The notes: generated by a model from the sequence alone, not told the origin. DNA of 64,000 nucleotides from a virus (IMGVR_UViG_3300046507_000526:6193-70192), one strand, 5' to 3'; counted from the stretch's first letter, positions 9,778 through 18,942 are shown. Numbers and translations: made by a program.

Positions 9778-9900
9778 ATGAGCAATGACGTAACGACCAA
9801 AGAACCGAGCAGTATGGATTTCTTACTTCTTATTATTGGTTGTATTATCCTGATAGGATTGTTTGGTAAAAAAACTGAAGACGATCATGAATCACGTTGA
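9778..9900 (+). CDS. 40-aa single-TM protein (not in ORF track)
   Basis: GGAGG RBS; MSNDVTTKEPSSMDFLLLIIGCIILIGLFGKKTEDDHESR. Confidence 0.6.
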   Translation: MSNDVTTKEPSSMDFLLLIIGCIILIGLFGKKTEDDHESR

Positions 9901-10081
9901 AAATAAAAGGATAATACAGGAGCTTGCTGATAACCCTGAACAGGTAAAAAGATTTACGCAATCTCGTAAATTCGTAAATCGTATAACAAAAGACCCCAAT
10001 AGACCTCCTCCGAGCCCGATCTTAATGGGTGCGTTAGCAGCTGCAGGGATGATAATGACCCTGCTAATTGTGACGCGATAA
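9887..10081 (+). CDS. Small C-terminally anchored membrane protein
   Basis: ATG 9887 overlaps the previous stop; C-terminal LMGALAAAGMIMTLLIV. Confidence 0.55.
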   Translation: MNHVENKRIIQELADNPEQVKRFTQSRKFVNRITKDPNRPPPSPILMGALAAAGMIMTLLIVTR

Positions 10082-10088
10082 CCTTAAT

Positions 10089-10118
10089 AAAAAGCCCCGA
10101 TTTCTCAGGGCTTTTTTT
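10089..10118. terminator. Bidirectional terminator, near-copy of the 2357/3820 element
   Basis: AAAAAGCCCCGATTTCTCAGGGCTTTTTTT, 2 mismatches to the 27-mer. Confidence 0.75.
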
Positions 10119-10124
10119 AGTCTT

Positions 10125-10844
10125 TCAAGTTTCGTACGCTTCTACAATCTTCTGCACAAGACCACTTCTTACAATATCTGCTCTAGTAAATTCGATCACT
10201 CTTACTTCTGGGATATGAGACAGCCTCTCTACTGCATCTGTAAGGCCACAGGTGCCTTTGATATCCATCTGGGTAGCATCCCCATTCACAATCGCAGTAC
10301 AGCCCTCTCCAAGCCTTGTTAAGAACATCTTCATCTGCTTTGGTGTTGTATTCTGGGCTTCATCAAGAATAACAATAGCATTTCTGAAAGTACGTCCTCG
10401 AATATAAGCTAGCGGAACTGCCTCTATTCTTTTACTGTTAATAAGATAATCTGTAAAAGATCTGCCTAGTCTACGATTTAAAACATCTCTGAAAGGTTGA
10501 AGGTATGGATCGAATTTCTCTTCAATTTCACCCGGCAAATGTCCTAGACTTTCTCCTGCTTCAATAGCGGGTCTAGTGATAATAATGCGATCTATTTTCT
10601 TTTCTGTGAGTAACTTTGCTGCAAACGCTGTGGCTAGAAAAGTTTTACCAACACCTGCAGGCCCTGTTGCGAATATCAGATTATTACCAGACATAGCTTT
10701 AAGGTATTGTTTCTGATTATCAGTCTGTCCAACTAAAGGACTATTATCTACGTGCTCTTTTCTAGGTTCTGGTTCTTGAAAATTATCAACTTGATCATAC
10801 TGCTTAGTGCCACGCTTATTTCTTGTAGTGTCAGATCTTTTCAT
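10125..10844 (-). CDS. phoH: PhoH family ATPase
   Basis: GPAGVGKT Walker A, RPAIEAGESLGHLPG, YIRGRTF, ILDEAQN, RSGLV. Confidence 0.95.
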   Translation of the reverse strand: MKRSDTTRNKRGTKQYDQVDNFQEPEPRKEHVDNSPLVGQTDNQKQYLKAMSGNNLIFATGPAGVGKTFLATAFAAKLLTEKKIDRIIITRPAIEAGESLGHLPGEIEEKFDPYLQPFRDVLNRRLGRSFTDYLINSKRIEAVPLAYIRGRTFRNAIVILDEAQNTTPKQMKMFLTRLGEGCTAIVNGDATQMDIKGTCGLTDAVERLSHIPEVRVIEFTRADIVRSGLVQKIVEAYET

Positions 10845-10906
10845 AGGTATCTCTAGTTACGTGAACCCTGTGAATTCCGGATTCACAATTTATTGTAGCA
10901 CCAAAT

Positions 10907-10937
10907 AAAAAAGCCCGGAATAACCGGGCTTTCTTTT
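10907..10937. terminator. Terminator after the capsid gene
   Basis: AAAAAGCCCGG-aataa-CCGGGCTTTCTTTT. Confidence 0.75.
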
Positions 10938-10961
10938 TTAAATCTATTCTTCCAATTTTGA

Positions 10962-11855
10962 TTAGAAGTTCAGCACAACTGCGCCGTTAACGTTACCGAT
11001 ACCTGCGCCAACAGCTTCGTAGGCGTGGAATTCGATAATGTCAGCTTCAGTCTTCAGGAAGACCGTCGGAGCTTGAAGTTCATAGAACTGACCAAGGTAG
11101 TTCTGCGGTGCAAACACAAGTGCTTGGTTCGTCGGCAGAATGTTTGCCTTGTTCGTCGTGATGATCTTGTAACCGAAGAACGTATCCAGCGAACCTTCAC
11201 CACGGAACAGGTCCGAAGCAGCAGGCGAACCGATATCCGTTGCAGCGAAAGTCAGCAGATCAGCATACATCGATTGCGTCATCAGGATACAACCAACAGG
11301 CAGCTTGTTCAGCAGCATGAACTTGATACCAGCCATCAGGTTAGCCTTTGTAAAGCCACCAGCGATAGTGTGGACATTGCTGTTTGCCGTAGCAATCGAA
11401 ACAATGTTGTTGTAGAAGTTCACGTCTTCTTGCTCTTGAATATCCTTAACGCTGTTTTCCTGAAGGATCGTGCGAATGTCGGTACGGTACGTAGCGAGTT
11501 CGAACTTGCTCTTGCGGAAATCTTGCGATTGAATCTTCTGGAAGGTCACCGGATAACGCGAAGTCTTCCAGTAACGAATTTCCGGACGGCCCAGGAACGG
11601 AGCAGTAGCTGCAACCGAGTCAGGTTCCTTTTCAACGATAACCGTCGGTTCTTCCGTCAGTTGGCGGTCGAGTTCCGAAGCAGTGATCTGAACAGGAGTC
11701 AGGATCTTACGGGTAAATCCGTCTTCACGAAGCTTCTGACGTACGAAAGCTGACATAGCATTCGAAGCTTCTTTGGTATGACCTTGGTCAATCTTATCGA
11801 GGAAAGATTGATTCAGGAATTGTACGTTTACAGTTTCTGTGGAATATGCGCTCAT
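10962..11855 (-). CDS. Major capsid protein (HK97/encapsulin-like fold)
   Basis: Gene order protease-scaffold-decoration-MCP-neck; HK97-like pattern (backbone helix VKDIQEQEDVNFY, FFGYKIITT, C-terminal P-domain strands EAVGAGIGN); optimised codon usage. Confidence 0.8.
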   Translation of the reverse strand: MSAYSTETVNVQFLNQSFLDKIDQGHTKEASNAMSAFVRQKLREDGFTRKILTPVQITASELDRQLTEEPTVIVEKEPDSVAATAPFLGRPEIRYWKTSRYPVTFQKIQSQDFRKSKFELATYRTDIRTILQENSVKDIQEQEDVNFYNNIVSIATANSNVHTIAGGFTKANLMAGIKFMLLNKLPVGCILMTQSMYADLLTFAATDIGSPAASDLFRGEGSLDTFFGYKIITTNKANILPTNQALVFAPQNYLGQFYELQAPTVFLKTEADIIEFHAYEAVGAGIGNVNGAVVLNF

Positions 11856-11867
11856 TTTATTTTCCTA

Positions 11868-12290
11868 TTACGCTACTTTAATTGTAAGATGAGCAGTTTC
11901 CGTCGTTGAACCAGTAACAACGTCGAGTACAAAGCCCACAATCGGATCAGTACCGACAACCCCAAGTGCGACTTGACCGCTCTTGACAGTAATCGGCGAA
12001 CCGGGAGCATAAGCACCTGCAGCATAGTTTGAAATCTTAGCCAGGAAATTGCCCCAAAGAACAAGTGCCTTGCCTGCATACGCTGCTGAACCACTATCGC
12101 CATTTCCGACGATAACCAGGCCTACTGAATTTGACGACGTCGCACCCGATTTATTGACAGTGTTATCGCTCTGCTTGGCAACCCAGTCACCATTCTGCAG
12201 AGTAGCAGCAGCTGTAATCGGTTCGACGCGCTCTAGAGAACCATCGTACGGCCAGCCACGGATGATCTCTGCGTTACGTTCCATTAACAT
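11868..12290 (-). CDS. Capsid decoration/cement protein
   Basis: 140-aa beta-rich protein immediately upstream of MCP, resembling beta-tulip decoration proteins. Confidence 0.65.
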   Translation of the reverse strand: MLMERNAEIIRGWPYDGSLERVEPITAAATLQNGDWVAKQSDNTVNKSGATSSNSVGLVIVGNGDSGSAAYAGKALVLWGNFLAKISNYAAGAYAPGSPITVKSGQVALGVVGTDPIVGFVLDVVTGSTTETAHLTIKVA

Positions 12291-12375
12291 ATTTGTTTCC
12301 TTGTATATGTTTCTTATTAAAAGAAGCTAAGTAAAACATTATTCAACTTAGCTCAAAATTTGTTCACAACATTCC

Positions 12376-12382
12376 TATTTTA
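12376..12382 (-). promoter_or_regulatory. TAAAATA late-type promoter (decoration/MCP)
   Basis: TTAAAATAGGAA upstream of 12290. Confidence 0.65.
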
Positions 12383-12429
12383 ATACGTCGTAAACGTGAT
12401 GTAGGAATTTGTTATTTCTTTTTAGTTTT

Positions 12430-13026
12430 TTAACTCAGCATAAACTCAAGCAGAGGATCGGTTTTAGGACGTGCTACTCCTACGCCATTACCCATGCCCC
12501 ACGGTTCTTCAATAGCAGACGCCATTTTAGTTAGAAGTTCCGGAGAAACGCGTTGGAGTTCTTCCAGATCTTCCTGCGTGAATTGAGCGGCAGAAGCAAT
12601 CTTGGTAATCTGTTCGGGCATATGCGCGACAGCATCAATATGATCGAGCTGTGATTGATGATCTGAAGCCTGCTTTTCGATATTCAGCTTAAGACCTTCG
12701 ATTTGAGCTTCAAGAGCTTCTACATACTCAGCTGCTTTTTGAAGAAGTTCAACCGTGGGGTTAGCTTCGATTTGAACCTTAAAACTATTCAGTTCAGCAA
12801 GGTTAAGATTTGCAGCCTTAACCATTTTTACAGCGTCTTCGTGATCCACGCCTTTCATAGCGAGAACGGAAGCTGCTTCTTTTTCCATTACATGCTGAGC
12901 AACTTGAAGATACGCATCTTCTTCAGTGAAACCCGCTTGTTTAAGATGTTCTACGGCAACTGCCTCAGGCGTCGAAAGACGAACGGTTTCAGCATGTTGT
13001 CTAAGAATTGATGATAGATTACTCAT
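12430..13026 (-). CDS. Scaffold-like head protein with K-x-A motifs
   Basis: Coiled-coil; MEKEAAS, LQKAAE, IEKQAS, ITKIAS, LTKMAS; two G-x-D/T-x-E-D-A helical repeats. Confidence 0.6.
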   Translation of the reverse strand: MSNLSSILRQHAETVRLSTPEAVAVEHLKQAGFTEEDAYLQVAQHVMEKEAASVLAMKGVDHEDAVKMVKAANLNLAELNSFKVQIEANPTVELLQKAAEYVEALEAQIEGLKLNIEKQASDHQSQLDHIDAVAHMPEQITKIASAAQFTQEDLEELQRVSPELLTKMASAIEEPWGMGNGVGVARPKTDPLLEFMLS

Positions 13027-13486
13027 TGTCTTTTCTCTTTTTTTCCATTACGCCTTTGGCGTGATTGTGTCTAACGTGATCCAGGATACTAGCGCCAGGA
13101 GTTGCGCCTATTACGCCACCCGCCAGAGTTCCAGCAGGTCTTAGGATAGCGTGCGTTTTTAAGCCCTTTTTAAGTGAGTCAGTAACATCGTAGGATCCTT
13201 CCCCGATTTTGCCAACACCCTTGATGACATTTTTATTAAGTGCACGTCTTGAAAGTACCTGGGCCAATTTCTTGCCACCAGCCATACCTCCGACTACACC
13301 TACTGCAGCGCCTATCGTACTCACTACATTCCCACCGGCTACTTTAGCTGCATTCTTAAAAGAAGAAATTCCAGCATCTCGGTACTCTTGCGTGTATGTA
13401 TGCTTCTCTTCTTTGCTCAGAGATTTATGGTACCCAATACTCGGGAAAAGCGCAGCGGCTTTTTCAAGATACTTGTTTGTCGACAT
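13019..13486 (-). CDS. Tagged internal head protein (MSTNKYLEKAAA), glycine-zipper segments
   Basis: N-terminal tag; IGAAVGVVGGMAGG and GTLAGGVIGA. Confidence 0.65.
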   Translation of the reverse strand: MSTNKYLEKAAALFPSIGYHKSLSKEEKHTYTQEYRDAGISSFKNAAKVAGGNVVSTIGAAVGVVGGMAGGKKLAQVLSRRALNKNVIKGVGKIGEGSYDVTDSLKKGLKTHAILRPAGTLAGGVIGATPGASILDHVRHNHAKGVMEKKRKDNE

Positions 13487-13913
13487 GTTTACTTATCATT
13501 TTGTTAATCTTAACGCCAGCATAATCCGCAGCAAGACTTGTAGCACCGGTTAGAGCTAGAAGTTTTGCATTGTGCATTCTTCCGCCAGTACCGATAAGTT
13601 TGGGGGTTAGCTTGTTAACAGCGAAGCCTGTACCCGCACCAAGTGTACCGATAACTCCAGTATCTATAGCGTCATGCTTCCAATTAGGATTTCGTTCCTG
13701 AAACGTTGAAGCCACTTTGTGTAAAGCTCTATTGAACAATGTCTTTGCTCCTTCAGATAGTTTAGCACCTGGAGAAACAACATGTTCAGGCTTTGCAACT
13801 TGGCCGAGATGTGTGCCCTTGTCGATCTCCATACCGGCTACTTTAATTCTACCGTGTTCATCGAGATCAATATCAAGGTTTGCAATTTTTTCGAGATATT
13901 TATTCATAGCCAA
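13464..13913 (-). CDS. Tagged internal head protein (MAMNKYLEKIAN)
   Basis: N-terminal tag; GVIGTLGAGTGFAV and LLALTGATSLAA. Confidence 0.65.
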   Translation of the reverse strand: MAMNKYLEKIANLDIDLDEHGRIKVAGMEIDKGTHLGQVAKPEHVVSPGAKLSEGAKTLFNRALHKVASTFQERNPNWKHDAIDTGVIGTLGAGTGFAVNKLTPKLIGTGGRMHNAKLLALTGATSLAADYAGVKINKMISKHVDKQVS

Positions 13914-13978
13914 TATGAAAAAAACCCCTCCATACCGAGGATACAGAGGGGCTTAGTACTTAGTTGTAATGCAGCTAA

Positions 13979-14805
13979 TTAGTCTTTCTTTTCGCCGTGA
14001 TGTTTCATAGCGGAATAAGCTTTGCCGCCGTAGAAACCACCTGCAACTTCGCCACCGATAGCAGCGGCCACAGCAGCGCCTGAGCTAAATTTGCGACCTA
14101 GTGCATAACCTAGTGCTGTCCCAGCCGAACCTCCAAGACCACCGCCTAGGATTGTACCGCCAACTTTGTCGCCTTTCTTGGAGCCCATGTACCCGGCTAC
14201 CAAACCAGCAACAGCAGCTTTTTCGATTTCAGCAGCTTTTTCGATTTCAGCAGCTTTCTTTTCAACCATTTCAACGGCTGAATCAAAATCAAGGCCATTT
14301 TCGACTAGCATGTCAACTGCGGCTTTCTTTTCACGGTCTTTGTCTTTTTTAGACATTGCGGCAGCAGCGACACCAGCACCCACTGCAGCAGCACCAGCAC
14401 CGATAGCTGCCTTAGCACCCATCCCCATGCCTTTCTTTGCAACAGCTACAGCCCGTGAAGGAAGTGCTTTAGGACCAAATGCTACTTTTTCCAACTCAGA
14501 TGCTTTCTTTTCAACCATTTGCACAGCTGAATCAAAGTCCACGCCTGATTCGATCAGGAGACCAACTGCGGCTTGCTTCTCTTGATCATTATTCTTTACA
14601 GCGGCGGTCACACCAGCACCAATCGCAGTTGCACCAAGTGCAGTAGCAGCGACGCGTGCTTTGTTAAGCTTCCGACCTTCGCCGAGAGCGTTTTTAACGC
14701 CCCCGCCCGTACCCGGAATACGTGTAACCTTCTGAGCTAACGACGTGCCTGGAACTTTACCTACTAGTTGCAGGACACCCGCTTCTTTCGTTAGCCCAGC
14801 TTTTT
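13979..14805 (-). CDS. -1 frame extension of the scaffold protein (ORF-track ORF 13979..14611 plus 65 open codons upstream)
   Basis: Frame is open from the A_AAA_AAG site through GTG 14611; begins KAGLTKEAG; no canonical start upstream of 14611. Confidence 0.7.
14212..14257. repeat. 18-bp tandem repeat (about 2.5 copies) encoding EIEKAA
   Basis: CAGCAGCTTTTTCGATTT twice plus a partial copy. Confidence 0.9.
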
Positions 14806-15660
14806 TACCAAGTTTACTGCAGTTTCGAAGTCGAAACCAGCTTCCATGAAGTGGTTAAGAGCAGCTTGCTTGATTTGAGCATCTTCTTCACGTTGAATTT
14901 CTTCCGCAGCAGCCTTTACCAGGTTAACTGCATCTTCGAAATCATGACCTTGCTCGACCAGTGCTGAAACAGCAGCAGCCTTTTCTTGAGCATCGCCAGC
15001 AACGGTAAATGCACCAGTAGCGACTTGGTTAGGAGTCTGTGCAGCAACTTGTGCGCCTTCTTCCTTAGCAACGCCAGGCGTAGGATTTTGATCAACAGGA
15101 GCTGCGCCACGAGCCATTGCGTCAGCAACGATTGCGTCGAAAATCTGGTTAATAGAACCACCATTACCACGACCATCCGTACCCGGTTGGTTTTGGATAA
15201 TGCGATCTTGTTCTGCTACTTGAGCAGCCAGGTCTACCTGGGTCTTAGTCGGCGTTGCGCTAGCAATACCGTTAGTAGTATTCATGTCACCAACTGAAGC
15301 CAGCTTCTCAAGAAGAGCTTCGGCCAGTGCCTTACCTGCGTCAGCAGCTTGTTTGTTCATAGTATCCTCTGTTGTTACTTGATCAAGTTTAATGGATGCA
15401 ACCTTTTGCATTACTTCTTTAGCTAACTCTGCACCCTTAGCCGCAGCTTCTTTGGTACGTTCGTCAGCATCGTTTTCCTTTTTGGCGTCTTTGACATCTT
15501 TCTCAGTCTTTTCTACATCTTTCTTGACTTCCTTGACGTCCTTATCGGCCTTTTCTTCATCTTTCTTCTCATCTTTCTCTGTCTCTTCGCTGGCGGACTT
15601 ATTAAGACCGGCGCTCTTTTCAAGATCCTGGATGAGATCATCAAGACTTAGATTCATCAT
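14791..15660 (-). CDS. Scaffolding protein
   Basis: Directly after the protease; acidic/basic coiled coil; eight or more K-x-A motifs. Confidence 0.7.
   Translation of the reverse strand: MMNLSLDDLIQDLEKSAGLNKSASEETEKDEKKDEEKADKDVKEVKKDVEKTEKDVKDAKKENDADERTKEAAAKGAELAKEVMQKVASIKLDQVTTEDTMNKQAADAGKALAEALLEKLASVGDMNTTNGIASATPTKTQVDLAAQVAEQDRIIQNQPGTDGRGNGGSINQIFDAIVADAMARGAAPVDQNPTPGVAKEEGAQVAAQTPNQVATGAFTVAGDAQEKAAAVSALVEQGHDFEDAVNLVKAAAEEIQREEDAQIKQAALNHFMEAGFDFETAVNLVKKLG
14800..14806 (-). other. Slippery heptamer A_AAA_AAG (programmed -1 frameshift candidate)
   Basis: GTA AAA AAG CTG GGC TAA, two codons before the scaffold stop. Confidence 0.65.
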
Positions 15661-15712
15661 GACTAATATCCTTTTTTAACGAGGCTACTGAATTGTAGCC
15701 TTATGAAAATCT

Positions 15713-17230
15713 TCAGTCAATCTTTTTGTTCTGAATCAACTTTAACATTGCCGATTTGGCTAATCTGTAAGTCAATTTGTAGTCAGAAGCAGATTTAACT
15801 AAAGGTATTTTAACACCAACTGAAACCCTATTCAATTCTTGATCTTTCATTTTTTTCTCAATTACTTGAGTGATATACCATTTAGCAGCCAGAGCAGCAC
15901 CACCGATGGCAACAATTGTATTTAGGATCTTTAGAAGTTGAGGTGTTTTATCAGCTGATTCAGTGAGATTCTGCTCACGGAATTTTTCATATACTGTAGA
16001 CTCGATGTGTGGGCCGTTACCGCTATAGCCTACGTTTGTGCCTTGTACAAAGCCATACGCTGAAGCCTGTTTATTAAATGCTACACGCTCCTCTACGTAT
16101 TCCGGGAAATACGAAGCATCTTGCATGTGGGGAAGCAGAGCATAAGCGATACCAAGATTAGGTTCTGTAATTTCGCCGAAATCTTTATCGAAATCCATTA
16201 ACCCGTCGATTCCAACTTTGTTGATATAAGCAGCTGTAAGAGGACCTATACCACGAGCATCACTGCCTAGTATTTTCCTACCAATCAGTTCAGCGAGAAA
16301 ACCCAATGAAGGGCTAATGCCAAGATGACCCAAGGTACTAAGAATCTCGTTAAGCTTATAGTTCTTAATAACGTCGATAACGTCACCTTGCGGATCCGAA
16401 ACTCGTGATACAAGATTATCAAAATTAGAATCGATAGATACAACATCACCGTCAACCTCTTTAAGCAATTCCGATAGCTTTTTAAGAGCAGCGGATTTGT
16501 TCATTGTTATCTCTTCGAGGCCAGCCGCCAATGCTTCATCAACAGAGCTAATAGCAGGTTGAGCAGAAGCTACTTTTTGTAGAACTGCGCTTGTAACATC
16601 GGCAGGGCGGAATACGATAGAAATATCGAAGAACTTAAGTGGCGCAAGATTTAGCGCCATAACCTTACGACCGTCTGGATAGACACGGCCAAGTTGTTCG
16701 CTAAGATGCTCGCAATATTGTTCACGGGTCTTAGCTTTGTTGCCACAAATACTGCAAACGTCAAAAGGCGTGCGGCATGCCATAGAAGTTTTGGGCCAAT
16801 CTCCGCTACCAATACGTTCTGCAATATCAGGAGCCTTATCGTTCCAAAGTTCAGCGATAAGTTCAACGCGATGCATACGTTCATTGTAAACAGAGAACAC
16901 AACTCTACCGATAGCGATGGCAGGATCTTTGTTTACGTGATTGCGGAAAATATGAGCAGGAGATGTTTCGAACGTCTTGTGATAATCGATCAGCGTAGAT
17001 TCTGGAAAATAATCAGCGTTGCGATTGGCACCATAGAACTCACCAGCTCCCATGGCCAGGATGTGAAGATACGTTTTACCATCTACGGGTGTAATTTTAG
17101 AGGCGAACTCCTGTACTCTAGAGTCCGTGGCTTGTTTAACAAGACTGCCTGTAAGATCCCTATTGTCAAGTACAGTAACATGAGGTTCGTCTTGATAAAA
17201 AGAAGAGGTGTCGATTAATTTCGTTAGCAT
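15713..17230 (-). CDS. Prohead (maturation) protease
   Basis: GANRNADYF, FRNH (His), TSMACR (Ser), CSICG...CEH Zn motif; head-module position; self K-x-A sites. Confidence 0.75.
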   Translation of the reverse strand: MLTKLIDTSSFYQDEPHVTVLDNRDLTGSLVKQATDSRVQEFASKITPVDGKTYLHILAMGAGEFYGANRNADYFPESTLIDYHKTFETSPAHIFRNHVNKDPAIAIGRVVFSVYNERMHRVELIAELWNDKAPDIAERIGSGDWPKTSMACRTPFDVCSICGNKAKTREQYCEHLSEQLGRVYPDGRKVMALNLAPLKFFDISIVFRPADVTSAVLQKVASAQPAISSVDEALAAGLEEITMNKSAALKKLSELLKEVDGDVVSIDSNFDNLVSRVSDPQGDVIDVIKNYKLNEILSTLGHLGISPSLGFLAELIGRKILGSDARGIGPLTAAYINKVGIDGLMDFDKDFGEITEPNLGIAYALLPHMQDASYFPEYVEERVAFNKQASAYGFVQGTNVGYSGNGPHIESTVYEKFREQNLTESADKTPQLLKILNTIVAIGGAALAAKWYITQVIEKKMKDQELNRVSVGVKIPLVKSASDYKLTYRLAKSAMLKLIQNKKID

Positions 17231-17235
17231 AGTTA

Positions 17236-17242
17236 TATTTTA
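17236..17242 (-). promoter_or_regulatory. TAAAATA late-type promoter, 5 nt before the protease ATG
   Basis: TAAAATA-TAACT-ATG. Confidence 0.6.
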
Positions 17243-17257
17243 CAGGCGAATCTAGTT

Positions 17258-17578
17258 TTAGTTGGACTCTGGATTGTCTTGATGGAGACGAAGGTTAACC
17301 GTTACCTTAGGTTTCTTCTTAAGAGACTCTGAAATAACTTTCAATTGGTTAAGAGATTGAGCTTCCAGTTCCGCCATATGTCGGCCTCGCTGTTTACTCT
17401 CTGTACTATTTTTAAAATTAGCAACGCCCAGTCCTAGACCAGATGCAGACATTGCTAATCCAATTTTCGAAGTGGTAGAACTACGTTTCCACCCTCTAGC
17501 GAAATCCTTACCAACCGCCTTAATGCCTTCTTTAACAGCCGACATTGAAGCAATCTTTTCAAGGTATTTATTTTCCAT
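17258..17578 (-). CDS. Tagged internal head protein (MENKYLEKIAS)
   Basis: Tag; IGLAMSASGLGLGVA segment; basic. Confidence 0.65.
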   Translation of the reverse strand: MENKYLEKIASMSAVKEGIKAVGKDFARGWKRSSTTSKIGLAMSASGLGLGVANFKNSTESKQRGRHMAELEAQSLNQLKVISESLKKKPKVTVNLRLHQDNPESN

Positions 17579-17580
17579 AA

Positions 17581-18363
17581 TTACTTCTTAAGTTGTTTGC
17601 TTGAATAATACGCACCAGCTCCAGCAAGAGCGGTTCCCAGGATAGATTTACCCAGGCCTTTTGCGAATCTCCCAGGCTTGGCTTTAATAAAGCTTTTAAT
17701 TTCGCCAAGGGAGTTTTTTGCATAAGCATCAGAACCCTTCATATACTTGTTAGATACTGAGCCTTTATTCGTAAATACCGACTTTTCAAGGGTATCGTAT
17801 ATTTTCTTCTTTTGCAATTTTTTGGCAAAAGGTGGAGTGAAAGGGTCTCCCTTCATATCCTTGAAAATCTTTTTAACTTCTGGATTACGTACTTTTTTAA
17901 ACTCATCAGATTTCCACGTAGGTGCATTGACATGAACTACTCCTTTAGAACTTTTAGTTCCGGGAATCATATCTTTGAACCTACTCATGGCATCGTGTAT
18001 TTTGAAAGTGCCTTCGTGAATTCTTTGGGCCTGATTTGCGTACGTATGAGCTTGATGTTTAGACTTTGTCATAAACACATGCTCTTTTGACTTCAACGCA
18101 TCTTCACCATGAACTTCTTCTGCGACGTCAATAATACCTTTAGAAGCTCGTGGTTTAAGCCCTTCTTTGAGAATCTTCTTTTTATGTTCTACTGCAGTTC
18201 CGTGATAAAGAGTTTCACGCCCAGTAAGATGGCCACGATCATATTGATCCTTGGCCATGCCGACGCCTGCTACGACTGCAGCACCACCAGCTATCGTCTT
18301 ATTGGTTTTGTTCTCATCTTTACCCCGGGAAGACTCTGCGACTTTCTCAAGGTATTTGTTCAT
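17581..18363 (-). CDS. Tagged ADP-ribosyltransferase-fold protein (Tpt1/PARP-like HY clade)
   Basis: MNKYLEKVA; LYHGT...ILKEGLKP, VFMT...AHTYA; hydrophobic segments at both ends. Confidence 0.6.
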   Translation of the reverse strand: MNKYLEKVAESSRGKDENKTNKTIAGGAAVVAGVGMAKDQYDRGHLTGRETLYHGTAVEHKKKILKEGLKPRASKGIIDVAEEVHGEDALKSKEHVFMTKSKHQAHTYANQAQRIHEGTFKIHDAMSRFKDMIPGTKSSKGVVHVNAPTWKSDEFKKVRNPEVKKIFKDMKGDPFTPPFAKKLQKKKIYDTLEKSVFTNKGSVSNKYMKGSDAYAKNSLGEIKSFIKAKPGRFAKGLGKSILGTALAGAGAYYSSKQLKK

Positions 18364-18366
18364 TTT

Positions 18367-18915
18367 TTAAACCAGTGACTTAGGATTCATCGCACCGTTT
18401 TCACGATAACGACCTTGAAGATCCGTTAGGCTTTTGATAGTCATAAGATCAATACCATCGCCAAGAACAGCGTTAGTAAGGACAGATTGTAGCAGGTTCG
18501 GGTCGACAGCGACCATAGGTGCAAATCGATAAATAGTATCTGCGTACTTCAGGACTTTCTTGTTATCATGTTCACGAAGAACGTGGGAATTAGCAATAGC
18601 TTGGTGCAATGCTTTTAGGAAACGCTGATAACGGAATTGATCTACTACCGTGCGGTATCCACCGATAAGAGCATTGACTGCCATATTTGACACGAATCCT
18701 GCAGACGACTTACCAGCTTCTGTAGCCATACCTTTCAGATAGTCACCAGTAATATCTTGCTGATGAGGTCCAGCTGCTTCTTTTTGTAGCTGTTCGACTT
18801 CTTGTGCTTCTTTTTCAATCATCACATGAGCGATAAACCCGGCAACGAATTGGTCGGCAAGTTCTTCATTCCCGGCAAATTTCTCAAGACCGAGTTCTTT
18901 AATTTTTTCTAGCAT
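18367..18915 (-). CDS. Head protein with K-x-A motifs
   Basis: LEKFAG, IEKEAQ, LQKEAA. Confidence 0.55.
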   Translation of the reverse strand: MLEKIKELGLEKFAGNEELADQFVAGFIAHVMIEKEAQEVEQLQKEAAGPHQQDITGDYLKGMATEAGKSSAGFVSNMAVNALIGGYRTVVDQFRYQRFLKALHQAIANSHVLREHDNKKVLKYADTIYRFAPMVAVDPNLLQSVLTNAVLGDGIDLMTIKSLTDLQGRYRENGAMNPKSLV

Positions 18916-18942
18916 TTTAAATTATTCCTTTGAGTTTCTTAA

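Noticed and set aside
11025-11753. 242-aa plus-strand ORF over the capsid gene
   Set aside because: Antisense shadow caused by biased codon usage in the MCP
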